DNA of 63,961 nt, counting the filler, from Octopus bimaculoides (taxonomy: Eukaryota), in NCBI RefSeq assembly GCF_001194135.2. It is 6 parts of 6 records of this genome, joined end to end, with 100 filler letters (N's around TTAATTAATTAA, not from the genome) between each part and the next. Parts side by side here need not be neighbours in the genome. Positions count along the whole stretch, not along the records: positions 1 to 25,615 come from NC_068987.1; 5 more parts are not named here. One strand, given 5' to 3'. Made by a program: the position numbers and the translations under genes. Positions 1 to 11,789 of this stretch are shown one piece after another. Each line of letters opens with the position of its first letter. Positions within the stretch are counted from its first letter, which is position 1. The notes beneath the pieces were generated by a model that worked only from the letters and a program-made list of their open reading frames with translations, was not told where the DNA came from and made no database searches.

Positions 1-39
<39 letters not shown>

Positions 40-530
40 TAATAAGTTAGAGAAGAACCACCAAAATGCAATTCAAACAATAAAGGAGATCAGACACCAT
101 CAAGAAAACATGCTCTACAAAATACTAATTTAAAAATCTATAAAATCTAAAAGAAGGGTTTATAATCCATAAAAATCTAAAAAAATTTAATTCAGTTTAG
201 TAAGTTGATAAAAAAAGAAAGTGGATTGTAGACTACGCGCGTTTCGTGGCCACATAATAACAGAAAGAATCTGTACAATTCACAATAAATCGATCAAGAT
301 AAATTCTACTCAGAATGAAGTAACTCTTCAGGTCTTTAAAAATTCAAATAACGTATCCTACTATTTAAATAAAATAAAATAGAAATAAAGTAGAAATAGC
401 TGTACAAGTAGGAAAGCTCTTATTAATACAATACATAAAATGTCATGGTTTAATAATAATAATCATTCAAGTTAAAAGCCTAATTCCTCTAATAAAGAAA
501 TGCTTTCTGTAGATTAAGAATAGGAATACA
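40..530 (-). mobile_element. Non-coding Penelope-like pseudo-LTR fragment carrying a hammerhead motif
   Basis: Starts directly after a (TA)n tract, has no ORF, and contains a CTGAAGA...CGAAACGCGCGTA hammerhead core on the minus strand. Boundaries are approximate. Confidence 0.5.
230..335 (-). ncRNA. Type I hammerhead ribozyme-like motif with expanded stem II
   Basis: Minus strand: stem I AGAC/GTCT, core CTGAAGA (331-325), a 79-nt stem II domain, GAAA, palindromic helix III ACGCGCGT, and a GUA cleavage triplet (cut between 234 and 233). Confidence 0.65.
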
Positions 531-737
531 TGTAAAAAGATAGTGTTATTAACTAATAAATGAATTCGAACGTTTAACGGTATTAATAAAATAAACGGCA
601 TCACTATATATTTGATATCTGAGTTCACGGAGGGACGCCATGTTGTCACATGACACACTTCGTATGAATTCCATACTACAGTCAATCTTGAATAAGATAA
701 GTGATGCCGTTTATTTTATTAATACTGTTAAACGTTC

Positions 738-896
738 GAGAGAAAGTTATGGTGTAAGAGTACAGCAGGGTTCGCCACCACCCCCTGCTGGAGCCTCGTG
801 GAGCTTTAGGTGTTTTCATTCAATAAACACTCACAACGCCCGGTCTGGGAATCGAAACCGCGATCCTGCCCTAACCACTGGGCCATTGCGCCTCCA
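738..896 (-). mobile_element. tRNA-derived SINE, 5' part (GGAGGCGCAATGGCCCAGTGGTTAGGG family)
   Basis: Minus strand has an A-box-like TGGCCCAGTGG and a B-box-like GGTTTCGATTCCC with the anticodon region deleted, followed by SINE body. Confidence 0.7.
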
Positions 897-1623
897 CTCA
901 CGGATATATATATGCACACATGTATGCATATACACACACACAAACACACACAAACATACATACAATCATACATATATAAATGCATTCATATGCATGTTTA
1001 CACATATGAATATACACACACACACATATATATATACATATATATATAGCATATAGCCAAACTGTTTATATACTCAATAAATGCAGTAGTAACTCTATGA
1101 AGGAGTCCCTAATTTGCATACCAAAAGTGTTTAACACTATAAATATATATATATTCCTACATATAAGTCCTACATATATGAATATATATATTCATACTTA
1201 ACATGCTAAGAACCATTTAGATATACATATATAAATATAACTATATAGAAACATAAGCAAATACAAATATACAAACAGATGTACGCATACGTCACGCGCT
1301 TAAGTTACTGAAGAAAATGTAGCTAGTGATATTAACAACACTGGCTTATGTGAATGAGACACATTCCTCTATCCTGTAGCATTAAGTTGAATTAAAAACC
1401 CCTTTTCAGAATTTAATTCCACGCACACATAGCTACACGAACATTGCGAGACATACACAAAAGGATAAAACGAAACACACGTTGCACACATAGGCATATA
1501 TGGACATATGCACACAACGTGCAACCACTGTGATATGAAGCGAAAATTATACACTTGTTGCCGTAATAAACAGTGAGTTCTCACAAAATGGAATGAATCA
1601 TTCTTCTGTATGCAAGGAGAGAA

Positions 1624-1660
1624 ATCTGACGTTTCGAATATAATCCTTTCATCAAACAGA
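1624..1660 (-). ncRNA. Degenerate minimal hammerhead-like motif
   Basis: Minus strand TCTGT-TTGATGA-A-AGGATTATATTC-GAAAC-GTC-AGA. C3 is replaced by U and stem I is out of register. Confidence 0.35.
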
Positions 1661-1881
1661 CATAAAATGGTGGTGTTTTCTTTTTTATGCTAGAAATCCC
1701 TTGTATATACTTAAAGGTATACAAAATAGTCTATATATTTATACGCTAAGGCCAATGATGTGACGCTGTCACGTGGTTAGTTGGAGGGAAATATGTAAAG
1801 ATAGAGAAGAGTGTTAGCAGTGAGAGCTAGGAGAAAGGGATTATTATTGTTATGTAGTTAAATAGTTATTTGAAGGAAGAA

Positions 1882-1916
<35 letters not shown>

Positions 1917-1926
1917 NNNNNNNNNN

Positions 1927-1960
<34 letters not shown>

Positions 1961-3045
1961 AAGAAACAGAACATATTTAGTGCAGGGAGATGTAGTATTT
2001 TTGAAAAGAGAGGCAAAGAGAGTGAGGGTGAGAAAGAGAGAAAGCAACTGTCTGTATACTGAAGGAAACGTGGAAGTGGAAAATGCCGTAACAGTCAACG
2101 TGCATAGTTTTATTTTCTTCAAAAAACAGTTACCAAAGTGCAGTAGCAGAATAATATCGTAGATAATGTCTTTGATCATGTTCCATAGGTAAGATTGTTT
2201 ACTTCTTGGCGTAATGTGAAAAATGATATATAACATTCACAGAGTAGAAGACGCGAAAAATATAGCTTTCAGAGATGTTTCTTGAGATTGCACCATCAAT
2301 ACTACTTGTGTGAGCTTTTATATCATCGTAAATATCAAACGCTTCAGAAAAATATACACTCTCACAATTTTCAAAACAATTGTGGAATTTCCATGGGTAA
2401 TGCTAGCAAAAATAATTATTTAAGTATGTAAAAAATGATTTTTTTTTCAATTATGAAAAACGGACGGATGAATGCTTGTAAATAATGAGTTTTTGCAAAT
2501 AATATTGATTGTTAAAAAATAATCTGACACTAATGAGGTGAGATGAGTGTGTTGTCGACTTATACATCTTCGGTGTACTAATGGTGCTTTCTTACCGTCC
2601 CTGAAGGAGTAAGGCTGAATCTAGTAGAATTCGAACTTAGGAAAACATTTGCCACATTTGTATGTCATGAATGTAATCTATTAAATGAACACAATATATT
2701 ACGGGTAGTTAATTTAACAAACTCAGAGGGATAAAAAGTAAAACCGACACCGGTAGAGTCTTGCGTAATTAAGTACTGTTGCCGGGCTAATTCACTGCTT
2801 CACCGTATCTGTCACACACAGCTGTAAGGATATATGCAACATTAATCTCTAAGATAGATGCAAAGATACAATTTTTGGTGGGGATGAGATTACAATATAT
2901 CAAATAACTATTTACTTTGTCAACCCCTGAGAAATAAAAGACAAAGCTGACGCTAGTTTGTCTGATGCTCTACCAACTCTGCCGTGGCGATTAAAGCCTA
3001 CATTTATTGTTGTCGTTGTTGTGCGCAAGTGTATGTGCATGCTTG

Positions 3046-3096
<51 letters not shown>

Positions 3097-4734
3097 TCGG
3101 ATAGATTCGAGATCGAAAGTTTTGTACTTTAATTCTCGACCAAGGAAGTATAAAAGACAAAATTGACCTTGCTTGAATTCAAATTCGTGGTAACTAAACT
3201 GCGCAGAGGAAAGTAAGTGAAGTTCGCTTCACTACCAATGGTGTTAAAAGAACATTCTCTATTGTCGATCCGACACATTAGGTGTCCTTAGCTGGTTGAA
3301 GGTTCCAATTGCATTTCTTGTCTAGAAGAAGAGTCAGCTTGCTCCTCTTGAACTGCTCTTTATAGAGCCAACTCAGAGAGAGAAATATGGAGAAAATTCC
3401 ACCTAGGTATCTGACTCATACCTTATTTATCTGTCTGGGAAAGATTAAAGGCAAAGTTTACTACGGCGGAATTTGAACTCAGAGCGCAGGGAATCCTGCA
3501 AGGTATGCTATCCGACGTTCTAGAATCTCACCACTTTGTATGAATAACAAAGAACATTTTTTTTAAAGAACTGGAAGCGAAGATAATGATTTTCATGTTA
3601 TTCAGAGTCATTTTAGGTAAAAACACAACCGTGAAAAAAGAAAATAGAAGGAAAATTTGAAATTCATTTTTAAACACAAAAGAAATAAAAAAAATAATTC
3701 TAAATATTAAACAAAATGGTTACGTATTGTAATAGAACAAACAAGAGGTGTTATTTTACAAGAATACAAACGGAAATTCTTAAGACTAAGAAAGAATACC
3801 TATGATAAAGAACAGTTTTAGAAATATCTGTACGAAATGTCTTATGATAAGAACTAACCAAGAAAGACAAAAAAAAAAACAATCTGAAAACATATTCCTT
3901 CAAAAGATTTTTTTTACAAACGTAACATAATTGATGATGATGATGATCATGATTCATTTCGAGAATTGATAATTGTAAATAAGATTAGGATTAGTAATGA
4001 TATTCTAAAATTATCAAGCACTTTCAAAAATATTGGAAAACATGTATTTATTGTTTCATTTGATTTATCAGAAGGAGCTGCCTCAACTTTCTAGAAATGG
4101 TAGCAAACTCTTCTTCATACTATACTTTGCCGTATTAAAGACAAATATCTGAAATAAAGGCAGAATGGTCGAGGGTAGAAATGTTTTGATCAGAATTTTG
4201 TCAGCTCTGAAACTAAACAACTTCGGAGGGACCAAAAGTGATAGAATCGACACCGCTTAAATTTGAACGCAGGACGTAAACCGACGTAGCTGTAGGTTTT
4301 CCTCTCTATCCCCCCTCTCTCTATCTATCTATTTGTTCTAGAGTTTACTCTCCTTTCTGCAGGACTCGCCTGTTTTATTGGTGCGACCAAGATATTGCTC
4401 CAGTCGATGTGTCGATGAATCTGAATTTGGATGTTTCTTACTGTTTGTCGGATCCTGCCACGAGGAGGCCAGTAGGTAGGATGCAGGATTTCAACCCAGA
4501 ATACATAGAAGTGGAACAGCCATCACCAGGAATCTCGTTCAGCATTCTAACTCAAAGAATAGATAGCCTGAAATAATACAACAAGGCAAAAACCTGGTGG
4601 CTTTTAATTCTAACGATTCTGCCAATTCGCCGCCTCGGAGGAGCTAAACATCACCAGGTGTTTGCGACGCGTGTGTGTATTTTTTATTGTTTTTCTTTTT
4701 TTTTAATCATTCCACACGCTCAAGAACGGTTTCT

Positions 4735-4931
4735 GATTTAGGTACTAACCCACAAGGGAGTGGATTAATAGATGCCATCGACCTCAGTATTTAACTGGTA
4801 TTTTATTTTACCGACCCTCGAAAGAATGAAATTCAAAGTTGACCTTGGTGAAATTTGAACTCGGAACGTACAGAGCTGGAACAAATAATGCAGAGGGTTT
4901 TTCGCAACGCTCTAACGATTCTGTCAGCTTG
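4735..4931 (-). mobile_element. tRNA-derived SINE family B (GGCGGCGAGCTGGCAGAA type), diverged
   Basis: Reverse-complement match to the copy at 5634-5843 (GTTCCGAGTTCAAAT B-box, AAGGTCAAC, GGTCGAT modules). Further decayed pieces lie at about 2.6-3.5 and 4.2-4.6 kb. Confidence 0.7.
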
Positions 4932-5633
4932 TTACTCCCTACAGAATAAAAACAAAATAATTGTTTCAAATTTTTGGCACAAGGTAGGCAATTTGCAAGT
5001 GAGTCGCTTACTGATACTTTCTTTTACGCATTCTGAAATGTCACTTAACGAAATAAGAACAAGAGTAAAATAATAATTTCTGATCTAAACACAGAAGTTA
5101 AGAAGGATTTTGTGATGAATGCGGTGAATTGACATGTTTTTATTTTACCGACAGGATGAACATTTTACAGACGATTTTGTACACCACTCTACTTATTCTG
5201 CCGATTCTACCGCCTAAAAATAGCAGTAATAAGGATTTTAGATAAAGTCACATAATTCGATGGGTGGATTGGTTTTTCCTTTCTGGGCGTGATTGGGAGA
5301 AAGGCAAAAGTCATTTTCTGTTGAAGTAAATTCATTTGAACATGCATGCACGCGTTCACACACACATACTCACATATACATGCATGCTGACATACACACA
5401 TACACACATATACGCGCATGCTGACATACACCCATGTGCGAATATACACAAACACACACAAGCACATAAAGGATGAAATAAAAATAAAGTTTATGTAAAT
5501 AATTAACAAACTGGTAATTAAAAAAGAGAATCTGGTTTTAATTTGAACAGAGACCATCATCAGAAGGATGGTTTCTATTTAATTTGAAGATCTTCTGTGT
5601 CTAGAGTTCAGACTCAGAATAGCAAAAGGCTAG

Positions 5634-5843
5634 GGCGGCGAGCTGGCAGAATTGTGAGCACGTCGGGCGAAATGCTTAGCGGTATTTCGTTAATCTTTAC
5701 GTTCTGAGGTCAAATTCCGTCGACTTTGCCTTTCCTCCTTTTGGGGTCGATAAATTAAGTACCAGTTGCGTACTGGAGTCGATCTAATCGACTGACCCCC
5801 TCCCCAAAAATTTCGGCCCTTGTCCCTAGAGTAGAAAAGAATA
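5634..5843 (+). mobile_element. tRNA-derived SINE family B, near full length
   Basis: GGCGGCGAGCTGGCAGAA A-box head, GTTCTGAGGTCAAATTCC B-box, body GGGGTCGATAAATTAAGTACCAG...GTCGATCTAATCGACT, AAAAGAATA tail. Many homologous copies occur in the window. Confidence 0.85.
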
Positions 5844-5959
5844 ACAAGAGGCTGGCTTCATCAAAATAAAATATCGTCAATCTCTACCATGTTATGAAGT
5901 AATCTTTTTTCTTCCGACAGTTAATATTAAACGTATATATAAGTGTGTGTGTGTGTGTG

Positions 5960-6157
5960 CGTATGTGTGTGCTTGAATTTGTCCCACACACCGCTTAACA
6001 ACCGGTGTTAGTCTTTTTACGTTCCCGTAACTAAACTGTTCGGCAAAAGAGGCTGATACAAGTACCAGACTTAAAACCAAAATAAATAGGTACCATGGTC
6101 GATTTTCTCAACTAAAACCTGCAGTTCAATGATTGAAACAAGTAAACGATAAAGGAT
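5960..6157 (+). mobile_element. SINE family A, 3' half, diverged
   Basis: Matches the 3' half of the copies at 19733 and 57421 (CCCGTAACT...TTCGGCAAAAGAG...GATTGAAACAAGTAAA). Confidence 0.65.
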
Positions 6158-7081
6158 TGTCAACAGTGTGGTGTTATGAGCCAGGCTGTGTTGTAGGGAA
6201 GGATCTGAAGTGAGGGAGTAGGCATGTCCTGTCGGAAATGGGGCCTGTGGGTGGGCATGCAGGGTGAGTGAGGCGCGAGTAATCAGTTGGCGGCGGACAG
6301 CGCATCAGAGCAGACGTGTTTGGCTGTACAGCGGCGGATAGCACACGTGGACGTTGAGTGATTCTTGCAGATCGAGACAGAGCATGTGGACGTTAAAAGC
6401 GACCCTTTTCCGGACCGACAGGTAAGACTACCGCAATTCTCTCTTACCTTCCGTATTTTTCCTTCTTCACATCACAAGCTATTTCGGCTCAAAGAAAAAA
6501 AATGAAAGTAAAATAAAAATGATGGGTATAGTCCGTGTTTCGAATGAGAAGGTTAGGNNNNNNNNNNNNNNNNNNNNNNNNNNNNNNNNNNNNNNNNNNN
6601 NNNNNNNNNNNNNNNNNNNNNNNNNNNNNNNNNNNNNNNNNNNNNNNNNNNNNNNNNNNNNNNNNNNNNNNNNNNNNNNNNNNNNNNNNNNNNNNNNNNN
6701 NNNNNNNNNNNNNNNNNNNNNNNNNNNNNNNNNNNNNNNNNNNNNNNNNNNNNNNNNNNNNNNNNNNNNNNNNNNNNNNNNNNNNNNNNNNNNNNNNNNN
6801 NNNNNNNNNNNNNNNNNNNNNNNNNNNNNNNNNNNNNNNNNNNNNNNNNNNNNNNNNNNNNNNNNNNNNNNNNNNNNNNNNNNNNNNNNNNNNNNNNNNN
6901 NNNNNNNNNNNNNNNNNNNNNNNNNNNNNNNNNNNNNNNNNNNNNNNNNNNNNNNNNNNNNNNNNNNNNNNNNNNNNNNNNNNNNNNNNNNNNNNNNNNN
7001 NNNNNNNNNNNNNNNNNNNNNNNNNNNNNNNNNNNNNNNNNNNNNNNNNNNNNNNNNNNNNNNNNNNNNNNNNNNNNNNNN

Positions 7082-7388
7082 TGGTAGAAGTAATGTCTCG
7101 GGCCAGAGCCATCGTCTCGTGTTGCCGGACGACACCTTTAGGAGCGACTGCAACAACTAGAAGGGGTTAAAGAGCGGCGGAGAGGGGTCGAACAAGGAAT
7201 ATGTGTGACCCTTTAAAGGGCAGTGTTATCGGTGTCAGGGTTTGCACATGGTGAGAGACTGCAAGGAACCCAGGCCTGGAGTAATTTGCTATCGATGCAG
7301 ACAAATAGGCCACATCGCGAGTGAATGTGTGCAGGGAAACGGTCTAAGGGAGACTACTGCGACGGCAGTCGTCCTGTCGAAAGAATAG
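7082..7388 (+). pseudogene. Gypsy gag C-terminus with two zinc knuckles
   Basis: Frame from 7212 reads FKGQCYRCQGLHMVRDCKEPRPGVICYRCRQIGHIASECVQGNG...SKE* (stop 7386-7388), giving Cx2Cx3Hx4C and Cx2Cx4Hx4C. The upstream part is frameshifted. Confidence 0.85.
7334..7373 (+). promoter_or_regulatory. Programmed -1 ribosomal frameshift signal (gag-pol)
   Basis: Slippery heptamer G GGA AAC (7334-7340) is correctly phased in the gag frame, and the protease ORF is in the -1 frame. A downstream stem GACTACTGC-GACG-GCAGTCGTC (8 of 9 pairs) lies at 7352-7373. Confidence 0.7.
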
Positions 7389-8592
7389 AGGCGCGTATAT
7401 GGTCGTTGCCAGTAGTAGAAGTCATGGTGAACGGAAAGGTGTCACGAGGCCTTGTGGACACAGGCTGCTCAACAACCCTAATGACTCCAGAAGTGGTAGA
7501 AGAATGGAGTGGAATGAGTAGTGTAAGGGCTGTTGACGGTACAGAAGTTGAATGCAGAGGAAGTAGTGATGTGGAGAAGGTGGTACGAGGAACCAGATTG
7601 AGGTTGCATGCCATCGTGATTGACTGCATGGTGGATGGAATCAATGTGGTGATGGGGATGGACGCCATTGTCCGTTTGGGAGGTGTCACGGGCAATGAAG
7701 CCAGTGTAGCTTTCGGTGATGCGGAGATGCTATGCGCTGTGAGTCCGCGACAGGAGAGTGGTGAGAGCTGCGAACAAAAATATGCTGCACACACCATTAC
7801 AGACAAAGATTTTCGAGCTGTGTTCGATGGCCAGAAGTGGACAGTGGAATGACACTGGAAGGGATAGCCTCCGACATTGAAAAACGCAGTAGGCTGCTAT
7901 CAGCATACCCTGAAAGGAGATGCCAGAAACGAGTTTGATGGAGAGGTGGACCGGTGGATCAGGGAAGGTATTCTGATCCCATGGAAAGAGGAAATGGTGA
8001 GTGGAGTGCTACTACTGATGGCAGTGGTGCAGTCGACGAAGCATAAAGTCAGCTCAGTATTGGATTTCTGAGAGCTGAATGACCACGTATTGTGCCATAT
8101 GGGTGGTGAGGCTACGGACATTTGTAGCAAAACCTTGAGAGAGTGGAGGCAGATGACAAGGGCCTCCAAATCAATGATTTGAAGTCAGCATACCTGCAGC
8201 TGCATATGGCTGAGAGACTGTGGAAATATCAGCTGGTAAGGTATAAGGGACGGACATACTGCCTGACCAGGTTGGGAGTCAGGCTGAATTCAGCACCGAA
8301 GATTATGGCGACAATTCTCAAAACCATCCTGGGAAAGGCGGACAAAGTGAAAAGAACCACCAATTCCTATATTGATGACATTCTGGTGGACGAGAACATA
8401 GTGTCAGCAAAGGAGGTCATAAGCCACCTGAAGAGTTTTGGGCTAACTGCCAAACCACCGGAGGCGATGGAAGGAGAAGCTGCACTGGGACTCAAGCTAC
8501 GGAGAGACAAGGCCGGTGCGTTGGTGTTTCAGAGAGGGAATGAGATCCCAGAACTGGTCTCCAAGACGAGTAGACGAGAACTGTTTTCTGTG
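7334..8592 (+). pseudogene. Gypsy pol: aspartic protease and reverse transcriptase, disrupted
   Basis: LVDTGCS protease motif, then LMAVVQSTKHKVSSVLDF*ELN, DLKSAYLQL, NSAPKIM and YIDDILV. In-frame stops at about 7850, 7865 and 8069 and a frameshift at about 8160. Confidence 0.9.
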
Positions 8593-8619
8593 TTCTTTGA
8601 ACCTATCATTCACATGTAC

Positions 8620-8914
8620 ATACACACAGACACGTCTACACACTTACCTAAATACTCACGTACTTACATAAGTACATACTTACATACATACATACATGTA
8701 CACACACACATACATACGTACATACATACATACTTACATACATACATGTACACACACATACACACATACATACATACATACATACATATATGCGTATATG
8801 CATGCACACATGCATACGCATGTACACATATGCATACGCACATACATGGACACACACATACATATATGCACACATACATACATACATACATACACACACA
8901 CATACATACATACA
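8620..8914. repeat. (TACA)n/(CA)n compound microsatellite running into a gap
   Basis: Direct inspection. Confidence 0.95.
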
Positions 8915-10254
8915 NNNNNNNNNNNNNNNNNNNNNNNNNNNNNNNNNNNNNNNNNNNNNNNNNNNNNNNNNNNNNNNNNNNNNNNNNNNNNNNNNNNNNN
9001 NNNNNNNNNNNNNNNNNNNNNNNNNNNNNNNNNNNNNNNNNNNNNNNNNNNNNNNNNNNNNNNNNNNNNNNNNNNNNNNNNNNNNNNNNNNNNNNNNNNN
9101 NNNNNNNNNNNNNNNNNNNNNNNNNNNNNNNNNNNNNNNNNNNNNNNNNNNNNNNNNNNNNNNNNNNNNNNNNNNNNNNNNNNNNNNNNNNNNNNNNNNN
9201 NNNNNNNNNNNNNNNNNNNNNNNNNNNNNNNNNNNNNNNNNNNNNNNNNNNNNNNNNNNNNNNNNNNNNNNNNNNNNNNNNNNNNNNNNNNNNNNNNNNN
9301 NNNNNNNNNNNNNNNNNNNNNNNNNNNNNNNNNNNNNNNNNNNNNNNNNNNNNNNNNNNNNNNNNNNNNNNNNNNNNNNNNNNNNNNNNNNNNNNNNNNN
9401 NNNNNNNNNNNNNNNNNNNNNNNNNNNNNNNNNNNNNNNNNNNNNNNNNNNNNNNNNNNNNNCAAATTAAATTTAAATTTTGAAGTGAATCTAACGGTTT
9501 TTGTGTGTTTCTTAAATGGCTTATAAACACCTTCCACGCTGCAATTGTTTTCGTTCCAGCACACGATCTCAGATCAGGTCACTTGCTATGCAAGTACATC
9601 TCCGAAATTAAACTATTTCGTTGACAAAAAACCGTAACCAAAGAGTTGTTATCCTTTTTTATACTTTAATTGCTATTCTCTGGAGGTCCCCTCGGTAGTT
9701 ATGGTTCCGTGAGACTTTTGTGCAGATCTCATTAAGTTTTACAGTGTTCATGAATATTGAGACTCTTCCCTTCACTAATCCCTTTCTCAGCGCTCTATTT
9801 TTAATGTATTTTATACGATTATTATCTTATATTTACGCCAACTGCGGTTTATCATTTAAATTAGTTTTTCTTCCTCATTATTATTGATACAGCGGATTTA
9901 ATAATAAACGATATAATTATATCAAAATAAGTATGCAATTATATCAGAATATATTTAAGATTTGCATATATTTGGTTTGTTACAGGCTTCACAGATAGAG
10001 GGAAAATTAATTGTTGTTTACACAAAAACAAGGTTAGGCACACACTTTTAAACATATACATGCACACGTTTATTCATATATCGTCAGATATACATATGCA
10101 GACACATACAATCACAGGCGCGGGTGTGTGTTGTTGTTTATTAAACCCAAGCACACACACATGTATATATTAGTGTATACATATATAAATATATACTCTC
10201 TGTGTGTATGTGTGTATACACGCACACACACATATAAATATATGTATGTATATA

Positions 10255-11483
10255 CAGAGTGCGTAGGGTATTTGAGAACATACCATTTTTGGATCATTGC
10301 GGCATTTTTTGCTAACTCTGTATCTTTGTTTCAGAAAATAATAATGACAGACCCTCAGCTTACTCAAGAAATGAAGAAGAATGCTGTTATTGTGGTAATA
10401 AAGGTTGAGCATAGCGATTTAGAAATATCTCGATTTTTAAAAGTTGTCAGATCTTTCGTCTACAAAGTTTGTAAGGAGCTAGAGATTGATGATGGAAGCC
10501 TATCACCAGTATCGAGGCATAAAAAGCATTCTAAACGCTCTGAAATCATCAGAACACCTGAATTTATCCAGCAAATTCAACAGACCATTGATTACAATCC
10601 CAGAAAGTCCATGAGGTCAATTGCAAATGATCTCCATGTGTCAGAAGGAACAGTCAGAAATGTTGTCCACGAAGACATCATATATAAGTCTTATATGATG
10701 AGGAAAGGTCAATTTGTCAGAAAAAGCAAAAGAAAACCACTACATCAGATCTAAAAGGCTCTTAAACAAACTGAAAAATCCAGCAGAAGATTTGATTTGG
10801 TTTTTCTCAAACGAGAAAAAATTTGACCATGATCAAAAAGTTAACAGAAGAAATGACAAATGATTATGTGCAGACCCTTCTGAAGTTCCAAGTGTTATGC
10901 ATACATAATTTCCTGCAACTGTCATGATTTTAAGGGTTGTCAGCAATGAAGGACATGTGATGCCTCCTTACTTCTTTCCACAAGACCTTTAAGTTAACTC
11001 TGCCGCCTACATTGAGGTCCTGAAAATAATCGTTAAGCTCTGGATAGACAGTGTATGCAATAGAAGGCCATATGTGTTTCAGTAAGACTCTGCACTATCA
11101 CACATGGCTCTAGAATGGATGGTTGAAATTTTTCATGATCACAGAACCCCTAACATTTAGTCACCTAATTCCCCAGATCTCAATCCGTTGGACTATTACA
11201 CGTGGAGCGTTATTGAGAGGGAGGTCAATGAACACGCCCATAACACCAAAGATTCTTTGAAAGCTGCCATAGTCAGAGTAATGTCCAAAATGAACCAGGA
11301 CCACTTGATTCGAGTATGTAGATGATTTAGATCTCATAGAAACAGTTGTTGAAGCTGAAGGATAGAAAAGAAGGTTTATTTTTATCCTCATAGCATTTAT
11401 TTTTTGATAAATAGTTATTATCTGTTATTATATATCTCTTTTCTATAAACATAAATCTGTCCTCAAATATCTTACGCACCCTG
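10255..11483 (+). mobile_element. Full-length decayed Tc1/mariner DNA transposon (maT-like DDD transposase)
   Basis: 26-bp TIRs CAGAGTGCGTAGGGTATTTGAGAACA / CAGGGTGCGTAAGATATTTGAGGACA (22/26 identical), with TA on both sides (10253-54, 11484-85). Confidence 0.92.
10344..11365 (+). pseudogene. Tc1/mariner transposase with stops and frameshifts
   Basis: N-terminal HTH region (RKSMRSIANDLHVSEGTVRNVVHED), WFFSNEKKF, FQ*DSALSH and SPNSPDLNPLDYYTW. The third catalytic residue is D, with 34 residues of spacing in this copy. The motifs resemble DD37D/maT, so a small in-frame deletion is possible. Confidence 0.9.
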
Positions 11484-11484
11484 T

Positions 11485-11585
11485 ACGTATGTATGCATAC
11501 ATGTATGTGCGTATGTGTGTATGTATGTATGTGTGTATGTATGTATGTATGTATGTATGTATGTATGTATGTATGTATGTATGTG
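11485..11585. repeat. (TATG)n microsatellite
   Basis: Direct inspection. Confidence 0.95.
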
Positions 11586-11789
11586 CAAAAAATACACATA
11601 ATAGAGATATGAGCCTAGCATTAAAAGTCAAATTTCTTAAATATAAATTTCTTATGCTAATAGAAAGTTCGATGAAACGAGAAGAGTTTCTACTCAAGAT
11701 ATAAACGATTGAATTTCAGATTTTGATAAAATTGATAACCAGCCTGGAGCCAATGAATAAATTCGGGTATTTGGTGGTCACAGCTTAGC

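Larger units (their letters stand above)
6188..8592 (+). mobile_element. Truncated Ty3/Gypsy-like LTR retrotransposon (putative 5' LTR, gag, protease, RT)
   Basis: GC-rich LTR-like segment at about 6188-6480 (no PBS recognised), a gap, then gag zinc knuckles, a DTG protease and an RT with YIDD. The sequence breaks at RRELFSV into (TACA)n. No RNase H or integrase is visible. Confidence 0.85.

Noticed and set aside
1752-1775. CCAAT, GTGAC/GTCAC palindrome and CACGTG cluster
   Set aside because: The spacing does not fit ERSE, and it lies in probable repeat-derived sequence with no promoter context.
4363-4475. Open stretch between a strong acceptor (CTCCTTTCTGCAG) and GTAGG
   Set aside because: One frame (RLF..VDV..LD..SDP) resembles a decayed LINE C-terminus, it lies among SINE debris, and there is no independent exon evidence.
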